Part shown: in pieces, positions 43,201 through 54,625 of the stretch | How positions within the stretch are numbered: the first letter of the stretch is position 1 | How the letters are laid out: every line of letters starts with the position of its first letter | Assembly: GCA_050273025.1 (NCBI GenBank) | Contig: CP158635.1 | Location: 14,942,001-15,006,000, forward strand | Direction: 5' to 3' | Origin: Cenococcum geophilum | Taxonomy: Eukaryota | Length of the DNA: 64,000 nucleotides | Notes under the pieces: generated by a model | Database searches by the model: none | The model's input: only the letters and a program-made list of their open reading frames with translations | Told to the model about the DNA's origin: nothing | Made by a program: the position numbers and the translations under genes

Positions 43201-43284
43201 ATTCTCGTTTATAGACAATCCAATTGTACAGGCTTGCGCAACCCTTTTGCCGTGCTTATGTCTCAATTGACTAAGTCGCTAATA
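37280..43284 (+). mobile_element. Ty3/Gypsy chromovirus E (second family, RIPed)
   Basis: 246-bp LTRs 37280-37525 and 43039-43284; TSD ACTAC; G-rich PPT before 43039; CFSCGxxGH knuckle at 38701; YLDNIIIYS in the ORF track (40291-40491); integrase and chromodomain ~42640-42790. Confidence 0.95.
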
Positions 43285-44910
43285 ACTACTTTATTTAAGC
43301 TAAAGCTAATATTATATAATAGGTACTCTTTAAATTAAATAAAGCTCTCTTACTTTAAGTAAAGAATATATAGGCGAAGTTTAATAAGTACTACCAGAGA
43401 ATAGATAACTCGCCTCTTTACGCTACTGCGCTTATTCTTTACCTAAATTATTATATAAAGTATATTAAAACATTTTAGAAGAAGGAATAGTAGAAAATAA
43501 TACTTTTAAAGGTCTAATAGCTCTGGGAAATATACTAAGAATTAGAGAAGCCTTCTTTTTAAATAGTATTATATAATAAGCTATTATAAGATAAGTATAA
43601 GGAACTTAATAAGTATAATTAAATTATAAATAAGTTAAATGAAAAGGTTACTTAACTAGCAAGCCAGGATAAGTATAATAACTACTACTCTAAAGTACTA
43701 TATAAAATTAAAGTTTCTCTACTTTAGTAGTAGTCTTAAGAATAACAAATAAAGCGCTAGCTATGGCTTTTACTTTTTGCAAAAGAGGTACCTTTAACCC
43801 TAGCTATAAGTAACAAGCTAGAGAGAGTATTTTTAGGAGGGCGTTATATAGTATTATGGGAGAGAGTGCAGCTTAGATTATAGAACCTTAAGAAGATGGA
43901 GTATATAAAGAGCTAGCACCAAAGTAGGATTTTAAAAGAAATATAGTAGTTATATAAAGAAAGGTATATAAGAGATATATTGTATAACGCTAAGGGGAAG
44001 GGTATAAGATATATAAATAAAATAGTTTTAGGTAAAAGGTAACCACTAAAGGCGCGTAGGTGGCGTAGGTAAATATATACTAAGTTTAAATCCTACTAAT
44101 GTTGTCCTTTATTAGGAATTGGGTAATATAATTATTTAGTACACCTCCTGTCCTACTATATAAGATATTCTTAGGTAATATTGCCATACTATAAGTAAAC
44201 TCTCCTCTCTATATAATATACCTATAACTAACTAGCCTTAAGATAAGTAGAAGAAGGTAGAAGCTTTACTGGCAATTAATATTAAGGCTTAGGTAGGGGG
44301 TATATTAGAAAAGTAGGTGCGGATAGGGAGGCCTTTATATATAAATGTAATTCTAATTTAAAGTCGTAGATCTCTAAATATAACTATAAGTAACCTATAT
44401 TACTTATATAAGGTAAAGAGCTAATTAATACTAGTTCTGCGAGGCTTATATAGCGACTCCGCGTCGTCTAGTGGGCCCTCACCCCTTTACTAAGTATAGG
44501 AGTCTCCTAGGGTTCTATAGTAGGTGCTGTGGAAATTATAAGTGGCGGGATTATAGAGCTCGATATTCGTTATATAATAAAATTTCTTAGCCTATAGTAG
44601 CGGCGGTAGGAGTACTAGAGGGTAAGGATTAGATTATAGAACTAGAGGATAATAAGGAATAGATAAAAGCTACTAAAATTTAACTGCTAGGTCTCCTCTC
44701 TTTTTTACTATTTTTATTTTATTTTATAGTATCTTATATAAGAAAAAGTATAAGTAAAGAGGGTAGAAATTAGCAGGAAAGTTAAGGATATTAGTAGAAT
44801 TCCCTATGGTCGCTTATTTAGTAGGGTTAATTAAAAAATTCGATTGATATGATATCGCTTATCGTATCAATCTAATCGATACTGATTTTCGCCCACCCTG
44901 GATGGGTGGG

Positions 44911-45065
44911 TATCCCTTAACCCGCCGAGTTACGTCCATCTGTTATCGATAAGGGTTTAGCCAATCAGATCAATAGGATCAAGGCTCCGTGACCATACGC
45001 GTAGTTTTGATTCTGGTGTTCCGCACGGACCATCTACTAGATGGACGCCGGCGGGTTAAGGGATA
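44911..45065. mobile_element. MITE (~155 bp)
   Basis: Perfect 17-bp terminal IR TATCCCTTAACCCGCCG / CGGCGGGTTAAGGGATA plus subterminal CGTCCATCT / AGATGGACG. Confidence 0.75.
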
Positions 45066-45825
45066 ACTCAGGGGTCCCAATGATATTTATATCCATTGCT
45101 TCTTAACGATATATTCATTCATAAGCAATGATAACAATTAGACTTTTTGAGATCCTTATGAATATATATAGGAGACTTGAAACCTCGTGGTGTAGTAAAA
45201 GGATGCTAAGTTTTATGCGCAGTCTATATTCTGATATATACGCAAGAGTAAAAATTTAATACTTGCCTTCAGATGCTTCTTTATTATAATATTATTCGAC
45301 CCCTCCCTCCTCTCTCACCACAACACCAACCATGATCTCGTGATATAGCTTCCCCCATGCCAAGACTGGTGATGTAGCTTATATAAGCCATATCACGAAT
45401 ATCCATTCATATCGTGATATTTTAGCTCCCTTAATGATAATGATTGATATTTGGTCAAAATATCAATCCATTCATCACTGAGACCGCTGCGGTATGACCA
45501 AGCTTATCGCCGGTTGCCACCGCTACCGCATCATTCGCCTCCTGCTGCACTCCGTCATTCCCATCATTGGCTTCGTCCTCCCCTGCTCCAACTAAAAGTG
45601 CCCATTTCTGCTAAAAATTTCCACAAGTCAGTAATGGTTACTACAGCCAAACATCTCAATCTCAGAACATACCTTGGATTCTAGACCTATAGCCTCCATT
45701 ATCATAAGCTGCGCTCGGGTTGCTGCGCTGAAGCTTGTCGAGGTTGGTGGTTGGCGGTTGCTCAAATTTAACTTCGTCTGCTTAGACGTGATCCCTTTCG
45801 AATACGTGCACCGAAGAAGCTTTTC

Positions 45826-48800
45826 TCAGCTTCTAGTGGACACATTGTGGCGAGTTTCTAGAACCTTACACACAGCGTCATGCCCATATCTCGCAGCCAA
45901 TTCTCGCGCACTTTTGAATTGCTTCGGGGCCACCCCAGCGTTGAGCAGCAGCTGTAACATATCAATGCGGCCGTGTTCCGCAGCTCCTTCAAGGGCTGTC
46001 CTGCCTCTTATAATAGCAGATGCAGCATTCACATCCGCTTTAGTATTGAGAAGTAACTGAGCAATCCTTACATATCCTCCGATTGCAGCAGCTTGAAGTG
46101 CAGTATACCCACGTTCGTTAGCTGGAGGAATATTGACATCCGCACCGGCATCAACTAGAATCTGAACTAGCTCGATATTGCCTTTCCCTGCTGCCGCTTG
46201 AAGCGCGGTACGCCCACCTTTATTAGCTGGAGGAGCATTAACATCTGCACCAGCGTCAAGCAAAATCTGAACTAGCTCAATATTTTCTTTTTCCGCTGCC
46301 TCTTGGAGTGCAGTACGCATATCTTCATCATCTGGAGGGGCGTTAACATCTGCATCAGCATTAAGTAAAATCCGAACTAGCTCAATATTTTCTTCTTTTG
46401 CCGCCTGTTGAAGCACAGTACGCCCACACTTAGCTGGGGGGGCGTTGACATCCGCACCAGCATCGAGCAATATCCGAACTAGCTCAATATTACCGTTTTC
46501 TGCTGCCGCTTGGAGTGCGGTACACCCAAAACGATTAGCTGGAGGGGCGTTAATATCTGCACCAGCATCAAGCAAAATCTGAACCAGCTCGATATTACCG
46601 TTCCCTGCTGCCGCTTGGAGTGCAGTACGCCCTAAAATATTAGCTGGAGGGGCGTTAATATCTGCACTAGCATCAAGTAAAATCTGAACCAACTCGATAT
46701 CCTCGTTTTCTGCTGCCATTTGAAGTACAGTGCGCCCAGTATCAGCTGGAGGAGCGTTGACATCCGCACCAGCGTCAAGCAAAATCTGAACTAGCTCGAT
46801 ATTGCCGTTCCCTGCTGCCGTTTGAAGTGCAGTATACCCTTCATCAGCTGGAGGAGCGTTGACATCTGCACCAGCGTCAAGCAAAATCTGAACTAGCTCG
46901 ATATCCCCTTGTTCTGCTACTTCTTGGAGTGCAGTACGTCCAATAAAATCAGCTGGAGGGGCGTTGACATCCGCGCCAGCATTAAGTAAAATTTGAACTA
47001 GCTCGATATTTGTGTCCCCCGCCGCCGCTTGGAGTGCGGTACATCCTATATCAGTTGAAGGGGCGTTGATATCTGCACCAGCGTTAAGTAAAATCTGAAC
47101 TAATTCAATATTTCCGTTTGTTGCTGCGGCTTGAAGTGCAGTATACCGATCTGTATCTGTTACAGGGGCATTAACATCTGCGCCAGCATCAAGCAAAACA
47201 TGAACTAGCTCAGTATTTCCGTTTATTGCTGCTGCTTGGAGTGCAGGACACCGATCCATATCAGTGGAATGGGCGTTGATATCTGCACCAGTGTCAAGTA
47301 AAATCCGAACTAACTCGATATTCTCGCTGTGTACTGCCTCTTGAAGTGCAGTGAGCCCCCCCTCATCTGCTGGAGGAGCGTTGACATCTGCACCAGCGTT
47401 GAACAAAATCTGAATTAACTCGATATTTCCGTTCCCTGCTGCCGCTTGGAGTGCGGTACTCCCAGCACGATCGGCTGGAGGGGCGTTAACATCTGCACCA
47501 GCATTAAGTAAAATCCGAACTAGCTCGATATTTCCGTTCCCTGCTGCCGCTTGAAGTGCGGTACGCCCATAGTTAAAGACTGGAGGGATGTTGACATCTG
47601 CACCGGCATCAAGTAAAATCTGCGCGATTTCGGTGCTTCCCTTGCTCGCAGCATACTGAAGAGGAGACCATTCATTGTACCCCATAGGCGAATCGGGGTT
47701 TGCTCCAGCTTGGATTATAATGTGTGTGATTGATGCGTCATTAAGTCGCAGTGCACTTGCGAGGAGGTTTGATGCAAACGCTTCAATTGTCGGTGAATCA
47801 AAGGAGAGCAAGGATGAAAGGAACCCGTGTCCCTGAATTCCATTAACCCATTGGACGATTTTGTCGCTCTCAGTCGCTGAGAGGATGTTGTTTGACAGCA
47901 GATTGATAACGTAGCTGAGGAATTGCAGGAACCCGCCTTTGGACCCAAAGATCTCCCGAACGCTTTCTAGAAGCTCCCCGTCGTGCCTTTCCAATATGAA
48001 AAGTTGGAGGTACGAGTACATGGATTGGATATTTTTCTCACTATCGTGTGTAGTCGGATTTGGAGCCCAGCGACCAAACACAGCTTGTACGAAGCTTGAC
48101 ACATCACCGAATGATTCCACTGTCCACTTGAGATCCGATGAGCCTCCATAAAATGGCACTAAGTTGAGATCGTTCATTATGTTTTTCCAATCTTCATCTA
48201 TGGAAGCGCCATATTCTGGATCTTCTATAATGAAACCAGACTGAGGGGAGTATGATAGTGAATTAAGAGGATGGATATGATGTTCCACTGCGGCTAATTC
48301 GGAAGTATGGTTATGCATGATCGAACTGATGACTGAGGACCGAGGGAGCTCAACTATCAGAATTTTAGCAAGTGAGAATGGCTACTTTGTTAGAGATTCA
48401 AGCCCATACTGCCTTGAGCCTTTAGAAGCTCGTGAAATTGGTCTTGAAATCCAAACCAGGGGAGGTTATCTACCAGAAAGGTGCGTAATGGAGAGGGCGT
48501 GCGGATCGAAACCCTTTCAGGCGTCTTTGGACTTAGAGCTAGCCAGGCTTAGTCATCGGGATACTCCTATTGTATGGTGGATTACCTCGTCGATATTTCT
48601 CTATAGTGGATACAGAGTTACGGCCTATCTCCTTCCGAATCTTGTCCTTGGGCACAAGAACACCATCGATGTACACATCACTTTCCTTTCCCGCCCTCTT
48701 CCTTTTAGACTGTCGATGGTTGATAAATTTCCATACGGACGGGTTCACATTCTTGCGGAAACCCCATTTCCTGAAATGACGCTCATACTGTGTTTTGCTT

Positions 48801-48991
48801 ACGTTCTGTTAGCTTCTTCGTTCTCGCTCAAAAACGGTGTCTTACGTTGCGACAAAGTCGTAGGAGCCAGCCATAATGTCCATGATTTCTTTAAGTGTCC
48901 TATCTTCCTTTAAGTACAAATCTTGTATCGTGATTTTGTGCTTGTCCATTTCGGTTTTAGCTGCAGCTTTATCGACCAGTTTGAGCGACAT
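45826..48991 (-). CDS. Clr5-domain ankyrin-repeat protein, 1004 aa; exons 48991-48846, 48797-48586, 48538-48410, 48353-45826
   Basis: Spliced CDS of 3015 nt is open from ATG to TGA with GT-AG introns of 48, 47 and 56 nt. N-terminus HKITIQDLYLKEDRTLKEIMDIM..FVATKTQYERHFRKWGFRKN matches the Clr5 domain pattern. 17 TALQxAA..LLxAGADVN ankyrin repeats. Not RIPed. Confidence 0.9.
45930..47670 (-). repeat. Coding tandem array of 102-105-bp ankyrin units
   Basis: Recurrent GCTGGAGGRGCGTTRACATCYGCACCAGC..AACTAGCTCGATAT on the plus strand. Confidence 0.95.
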
Positions 48992-50814
48992 TGTGAGTAA
49001 GAGTAAGCTTTTGGTAATGAAACGATGTTGATGGGTGTTTGCATAAAGGAACATGAGCACGCGTAAGGTTGATAAAGAAATAATAAATGTCGGGACTTGC
49101 TTCCTAGGCCGTTTCGTTTGTGGGGCATAATGACACACCGTTAATACCCATTGGCTGCGACCGAAATCTTCTGCTCGCTTCACATTGTTATTTGCGCCAC
49201 CCTAAGGATTCTAGCCTCGCCGATCAATTGGTCTGCTCCAAAATCTTTGTTTGACGGTGTTTGGGCCATTCACCTGATAAGCTCGTTAAGGCAGCGCCGC
49301 GCTGACAAGGAGTCTGGATATTGTAAACTTTCAGGGTACTTTAAAACGACGGCGTTCAGACTACCCTCACGCAAGTCCCGATCCACAGCACAGCCTGTCT
49401 GCGGGAATGGTAACCCTAGGCTTACTTGGAAAACTATTCCAAAGCATCCGAGGACGCGGAGGAGAGTAAGTATACGGACTTGACTTCAAGTGACAAATAT
49501 GAAGATAATATCAGGATCTGTTATCTCACTTTCAGAGTTTCAGTCATTCCTGGGACCTTATCCAGACTTCTTGTTTGAGCCGCTTTATGAACAGGCGATC
49601 ACTATAATCCGACGCAACATGACTGCGGCTGTGGTTAAGAGAAGGCACAACGAAGGGATGTGTTGTCGTCAGGTGCAGACACGAGGAGCTGGCCTAGTGC
49701 GGATCCAACCCTTTACATTCCAGAAATTTGTTTGATATTGTAAGTTATTCGCAAAAATACACACCAAGTGGGACTGGACGAAGTGGAGAACGATATGGAA
49801 TTGACAGCCGTGAGTCTACACCATATATCGAGCAGACTGATAAGTCGACGCATCGACAACGCATCAATAAATGGCAGCAAGGGAGGCAGATTCAAAGTAG
49901 TGAATCAATAAAAAAATGTCGCTCATGCTATAGCTTTATGAAAGTGATTGGACTCGAGCATAGATAAGCCGGGAATCGGATATACAGACCGTACAATATG
50001 ATCTCCCTTTGCAGGCATTGATTGAATTCAAAATGAGGCGTCTGTCGACTTCGGTAGAGGTACAACCTTGGCTCTCAATAAATGCCTATAAACACACTAG
50101 TTTTCTCGGTACAGAGACAACTACTATTTACTGTGTGATCTTGAAGAGTAGTAAACCTAGATCGTCTTTTACTCTGGTGAGAGTGAGCATGGGACAGACT
50201 TGCTAATAAACAAACAATTCAAACCATCGATCTTTGGTTTGGTTGATTGGATATTTTAAAGCTTCAAGCTTGTTTATTTCGTTTGGTTAATCAAACTAGC
50301 AAACGGTTTAGTTAGATTTGACTATTTAGATAGATTTATATACATTTTTACGCGACAGTAGGAAGATCTAGGAGCTCTATACTACAATTTGGTGATAGGC
50401 ATTTGGTATAGTACTAAGCTTATAAAAGTCAGATAAGGTCACGTGACTCCAACTTTAATGCAGAGTTTTCCTTATCTCATAAATCAGACCCCCGGGGAGA
50501 AATTGCGCCACGGCGTAGCGCTAAGGGCTAGCATCACTCCTAAGCCAATTAGATTACTGAACCCTAGTCCTGTGGATTCCTGTAAACTCCTAGACCAATC
50601 AGATCGCACCAAGAGGAATTTCTCCCCAAGGGTCTGAGAGCTTATGGGCCCTCTTTATATAAGAACTCAATGTTTCTTGTTAGGCGACAACTCTTCCATT
50701 ACAACGCTGTATCTCAACCCTTTTATAACGTCTAGTTATTATAAAAATACTATAAGGTAGGAGCTCTTTAATTTCTCTATCTATTGCAATAAATAACGAC
50801 GTCGTGGCTATATT

Positions 50815-51075
50815 AGTTAGTCGTATTTTCGTTGGTCGTATTTTCGTTGGTTGTATTTTCATCGGTCGCAAAAATCGTCAGTCGCAAAACTCGTCGGTCG
50901 CAATCTTACCTCGCTGCTCTGCTCGAAGCTCTGCATGAGGTTCTGCTCGAAGCTCTGCACGAGGCTCTGCTCGAAGCTCTGCACGAGGCTTTCTTGAAGC
51001 TCTGCACGAAGGCTTTTCTCGAAGCTCTGCACGAGGCTCTGCACGAGGCTCTGCTCGAAGCTCTGCTCGAAGCTC
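50815..51075. repeat. 15-bp (GTCGTATTTTCGTTG-like) then 12-bp (CTCGAAGCTCTG/CACGAGGCTCTG) minisatellites
   Basis: Directly visible; they generate the low-complexity ORFs in the track. Confidence 0.9.
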
Positions 51076-51246
51076 CATACCTTATATACTTCTCTACGTC
51101 TAATTATCTCTAAAATACTACGAGGTAAAAGCTCTTTATCTTCTCTATCGTCTCTACGTTATAGCAATATTATAGCTCTATTCTACAAGAAGTTAGTCAT
51201 AGGTAGTTGGTCTAGTTTTAAAATCCTATCATAATCTTGCCTTACT

Positions 51247-51346
51247 GCCGGACGATGGGCTCGCACCTTCACGTGGTGTCCGGTGTCTAGTATCTTTACT
51301 TGTCGGAGTTGTGAACCGACTTATATTAAGAAGCTAAGACGAGCTT
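51247..51346 (+). ncRNA. HDV-like (CPEB3-type) self-cleaving ribozyme, predicted
   Basis: P1 GCCGGAC/GTCCGGT with G1.U wobble; P2 GGGCTCGC/G(A)CGAGCTT; P3 ACC/GGT; L3 TTCACGT; GT after P1; P4 containing GTCGG/CCGAC; J4/2 GCTAA with the catalytic-position C at 51334. Confidence 0.8.
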
Positions 51347-52050
51347 AAGGGACAATAAACTCGCACCTTCCCGTGGTATCCGGGTCTAGTATCTTTACCT
51401 GTTGGAGCCGTGAACCGACTTATATTGAGAAGCTAAGACGAGTTTAAGTGGACGACGATATAAGCGGCCACGCATAATAGGGGGAGGGAGAGGAAGGCAG
51501 TCTCTTATCCACCGATCGAATCAAATCCGACGCGTACATAGGTCCTATACAAATACGACTTAACGTCAATCCGAATACCCCAAACCTCAGCGCTTAAGAC
51601 TACAGCCGTTAACAACTAAGAGGAACGGCCGTTGCACTATAACTGCTAGTCTACAACAAAGAGAACCCACGTCTGGTATTAAACACTGTAGTTTTAGCGG
51701 CGCTAAGCTACTTACCCCCAACCTTAACCACACATTAATTCGCCATCCCTACGGCTTTAACACTATAACGGTCACAAGGAGGTGGAGGCCCCAATATTAC
51801 TACCTGTGGGAACCCTAAGGTAGAGTTAGTAGACGGCCTTTCGGGCTGTTAGGCTATATAGTTATAGACGGCTATAATACAAGAAAATTATAAAGGTGTA
51901 TACAACAACGGGTAGATTTCCTTTATATTTTATTTGTATAGGATAAGCTTATATTAGGTAGATTGTTGTATGCATCTAAAATAAAAGACCTAGCATGGCG
52001 CCTTTAGGGCAGCTAAAACGGTGTATAATTTTTAAAAAAAAAAAAAAAAA
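51247..52050 (+). mobile_element. SINE-like non-coding retroposon with 5' ribozyme and poly(A) tail
   Basis: A-run 52034-52052; 14-bp TSD AATCTTGYCTTACT at 51233-51246 and 52051-52064; no credible ORF. Confidence 0.85.
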
Positions 52051-52232
52051 AATCTTGTCTTACTACTATACCTTACATACTTCTCTACGTCTAATTATCT
52101 CTAAAATACTACGAGCTAAAAGCCCTTTATCTTCTCTATCGCCTCTACGTTATAGTAATATTATAGCTTTATTATGCGAGAAGTTAGATATAGGTAGTCG
52201 GTCAGTTTAGTAGAAACATTCAGTTTTAAATA

Positions 52233-54625
52233 CGGAGGTCGGTAACTAAAGTTTTTGCACCTTCCTAATTAGGAAGTTTGGCTTACCGCCCGCTGACCGC
52301 TGACGGTAGAATACTTCTGCAGCCTCTCTGCCGCTCTAAAATTGCTGGTAAGGACTCTCTAAGCTTGAATCTTGCTGTACCAACTATGGTTTTCCATTAG
52401 CTCGCGACTAGGGCTTAGGCCCTGGCCATGAAAGCTATGGGAGCTACCCTTAAGCACATCCAGAGCGTTACCTTAATTAAACAACGCGCCCTCCAGTATT
52501 TGTTTATAAAAGCTATTAATTGTGGCTAGAATCCTACTACAAATCCTCTTATTATTAATGGCTATATTATTAACGGCCCACGTCCTAGTAGAAAGCCTAA
52601 AGTTACCTACGAGTTTGAATAACAGATCCTTAAGAAAGTTACCTCTGATTAATATGGGCGAGAGAAGTCCTGCGCTTATATCGCTGCTGAATGCGGCTGC
52701 TCTACCCAAACTGTTTGGCGAGTTCTGCGACGTCATAGATACCGAAAAACAAAGCCTATAAAGAAGCCTTATTTTACAAAAGCTATAAAGGAAGCTCGCT
52801 ATTAGTTTGCCCTGCGATATAAGGATTAGACGATTAAGGATTAGAAGGACGTTATATAGAGCAATAAAACGGGCGTTATTCTACACTATAGAAGAGGCGG
52901 CTATAAACTCTAGCACTTGGCTCAGGAAAAGGTTAATAAGTTAGCTATTCGTCCTTAATTTAAGAGGGCTAATAAATTTATGTTTTAGGGCGCCTTTTTA
53001 TATAATTGGAAGTCGCTATACCTGATCTAGAAGCCTAAGACTGTAGAGAAGAAGAAGGCGTTAAAGCTAGAGCTTTAAAAGATTAACAAGGCGATAGAGC
53101 CAGAGCTTTGTTAGGCATAGGAGCTTACCACTAGTTTAAGACAACTGGGCCTCCGCAATAAGCTGGGTAGGAAACCTTAGTTTTAAATAAGTAAGGAAAA
53201 CGGTGCTATTAAGCGTATAGCTAAGAAAGGTGGTATTAATTGGTATCGCTACCTTACTAAGTGCCTCCTTCCAGTCCTTATTCCCTTCGTAATTAAGTGC
53301 TAGATTAATTGCCTAAATACAATTATCTAAGAGGATAAAGCTCCCGCTTATTTATTAAAGTACTAGCAGATCTACTTTAACGTAGTAGGCCTCTAGCGTC
53401 TACTTTGGCTAGGTAATTTACCCGATCTAAATATAATTAAGCTATGCTGGTACTACCTCAAACGAGTTACTATAAAGAAGGGCGCACTAAAGAATCGAGT
53501 AGAAGCTAAGCAAGTTTAGCAAAAGGCATGGGACGAGCTTAAACAGTGGCGGATTTAAGCTTAAATAGAGCGAATTCTACGTTATATTTAAGAGGTTATT
53601 CGCTACAGAGGAGGCAATAAATATCGCGAGGGTGCTGCTAATGATGTAAGAGATTGGAAGGCGCTTAAATAGATAAATTAATATTACCGCTAAGTAATTG
53701 ATTATATGCGACAGTAGGTGCTTTTAAGCCTTAATCGTGTTAATCTAAATAAGCCTCCGCTTAGGAAGCCTTAGCCGCCAAAGCTTCCGCAGCGTATATA
53801 AATGGGACCTCATCTACCGAACGCCTTAATGGATATCGAGCCTCTACACCAAATTTACATCCTAAAGCTTCGCCGCCGCTAATGGGCTATATAGGCACCT
53901 AACCAGCCTCGCCCTTAGCCAACAGCTACCTCTAAGCCTCCTCCACTTAAGCCTCTACCACCTATTAAGCCTCCTCCACCGCAGCCTTAATTAATTTAGA
54001 ACCGACCGGATATAAAGGGCAGAAACTCAAAGAAGGTAGTGTTTAAAGTCGGCTTTATAGAGCCTTAAGTTCAGCAGCAGCCGGAGCGGCGGCAGGAGGA
54101 AGTTTAACACTATAAGGTAGATACTAGGTGGAATACAATTAATCAGCCGACAAGGAAGTGGGTAAGGAAGAAGGGCTCTACTACTACCTCTAATAAGACC
54201 GTAGATAAGAGCAGAAGCTCTGCTAGCAGGTCAATTAACGTTAGATTAAGCTCTATTAACGTAGATTTAAGCTTTACAGAGCCTCCTGTAGAGCCTCCGC
54301 CAGAGCCTCTACACTAAAGCTCTATATAGAAGATTTTGAAGAAGGCAGAAAGACGGCAGCGAATTGAGCATGTAGAGGACTCTGCTTAACTAGTGGGGGA
54401 CCTTTCTAAGCCTCCGCAGAGCCGAAAGCTACGCCTGCGCAAAGCTGAACACCTTCTAAATAGTTAGCTTATTGATTAGTTAATCAAATCTATATATATT
54501 GCCTTTCGTTCGAAGCTTTAAGTACAATTTTAATGCGGCTAGGGCTGAACTTCATGTTCTGCCGGTAGGCGGTGAGCCAAACTTCCTAATTAGGAAGGTG
54601 TAAAAACTTTGGTTACCGACCTCCG
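52233..54625 (+). mobile_element. Tc1/mariner transposon (RIPed)
   Basis: ~58-bp TIR CGGAGGTCGGTAACYAAAGTTTTT...; TA TSD on both sides; de-RIPed IIQEDKAPAH ~53325 and WPGNSPDLNMIEPCW ~53407. Confidence 0.93.

Larger units (their letters stand above)
35300..44900 (+). mobile_element. hAT transposon relic, interrupted by a solo LTR and Gypsy E; left end not found
   Basis: De-RIPed IIADNSTTND ~36415, RIRCQGHTINL ~36512, TRWNSWY ~37001, dimerisation motif LSIPAMSDxxERVFSGGR ~43790; right end ...GCCCACCCTG at 44900. Confidence 0.8.
51077..52209. repeat. ~140-bp direct repeat pair (51077-51219 and 52068-52209) separated by the SINE-like insertion
   Basis: ATACCTTAYATACTTCTCTACGTCTAATTATCTCTAAAATACTACGAG... 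occurs twice. Confidence 0.85.

Noticed and set aside
37256..43266. Twin small ORFs 37256-37459 and 42994-43266
   Set aside because: They lie in the two LTRs of element E; duplicated non-coding sequence
45451..48913. Plus-strand and alternate-frame ORFs overlapping the ankyrin gene (e.g. 45674-46060, 48317-48913)
   Set aside because: Shadow ORFs of GC-balanced coding DNA with no recognisable motifs
49151..50206. Short plus-strand ORFs upstream of the ankyrin gene
   Set aside because: No recognisable domain or consistent splice model; could be a gene relic but unsupported
50832..51113. LEALHEA / AELR repeat ORFs, and similar ORFs at 62628-62926
   Set aside because: Translations of 12-bp minisatellites, open in several frames
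51897..51974. 5S rRNA-derived segment (ends TTGTTGTATG)
   Set aside because: Only a 12-bp inverted repeat inside the SINE-like element; no 5S internal boxes
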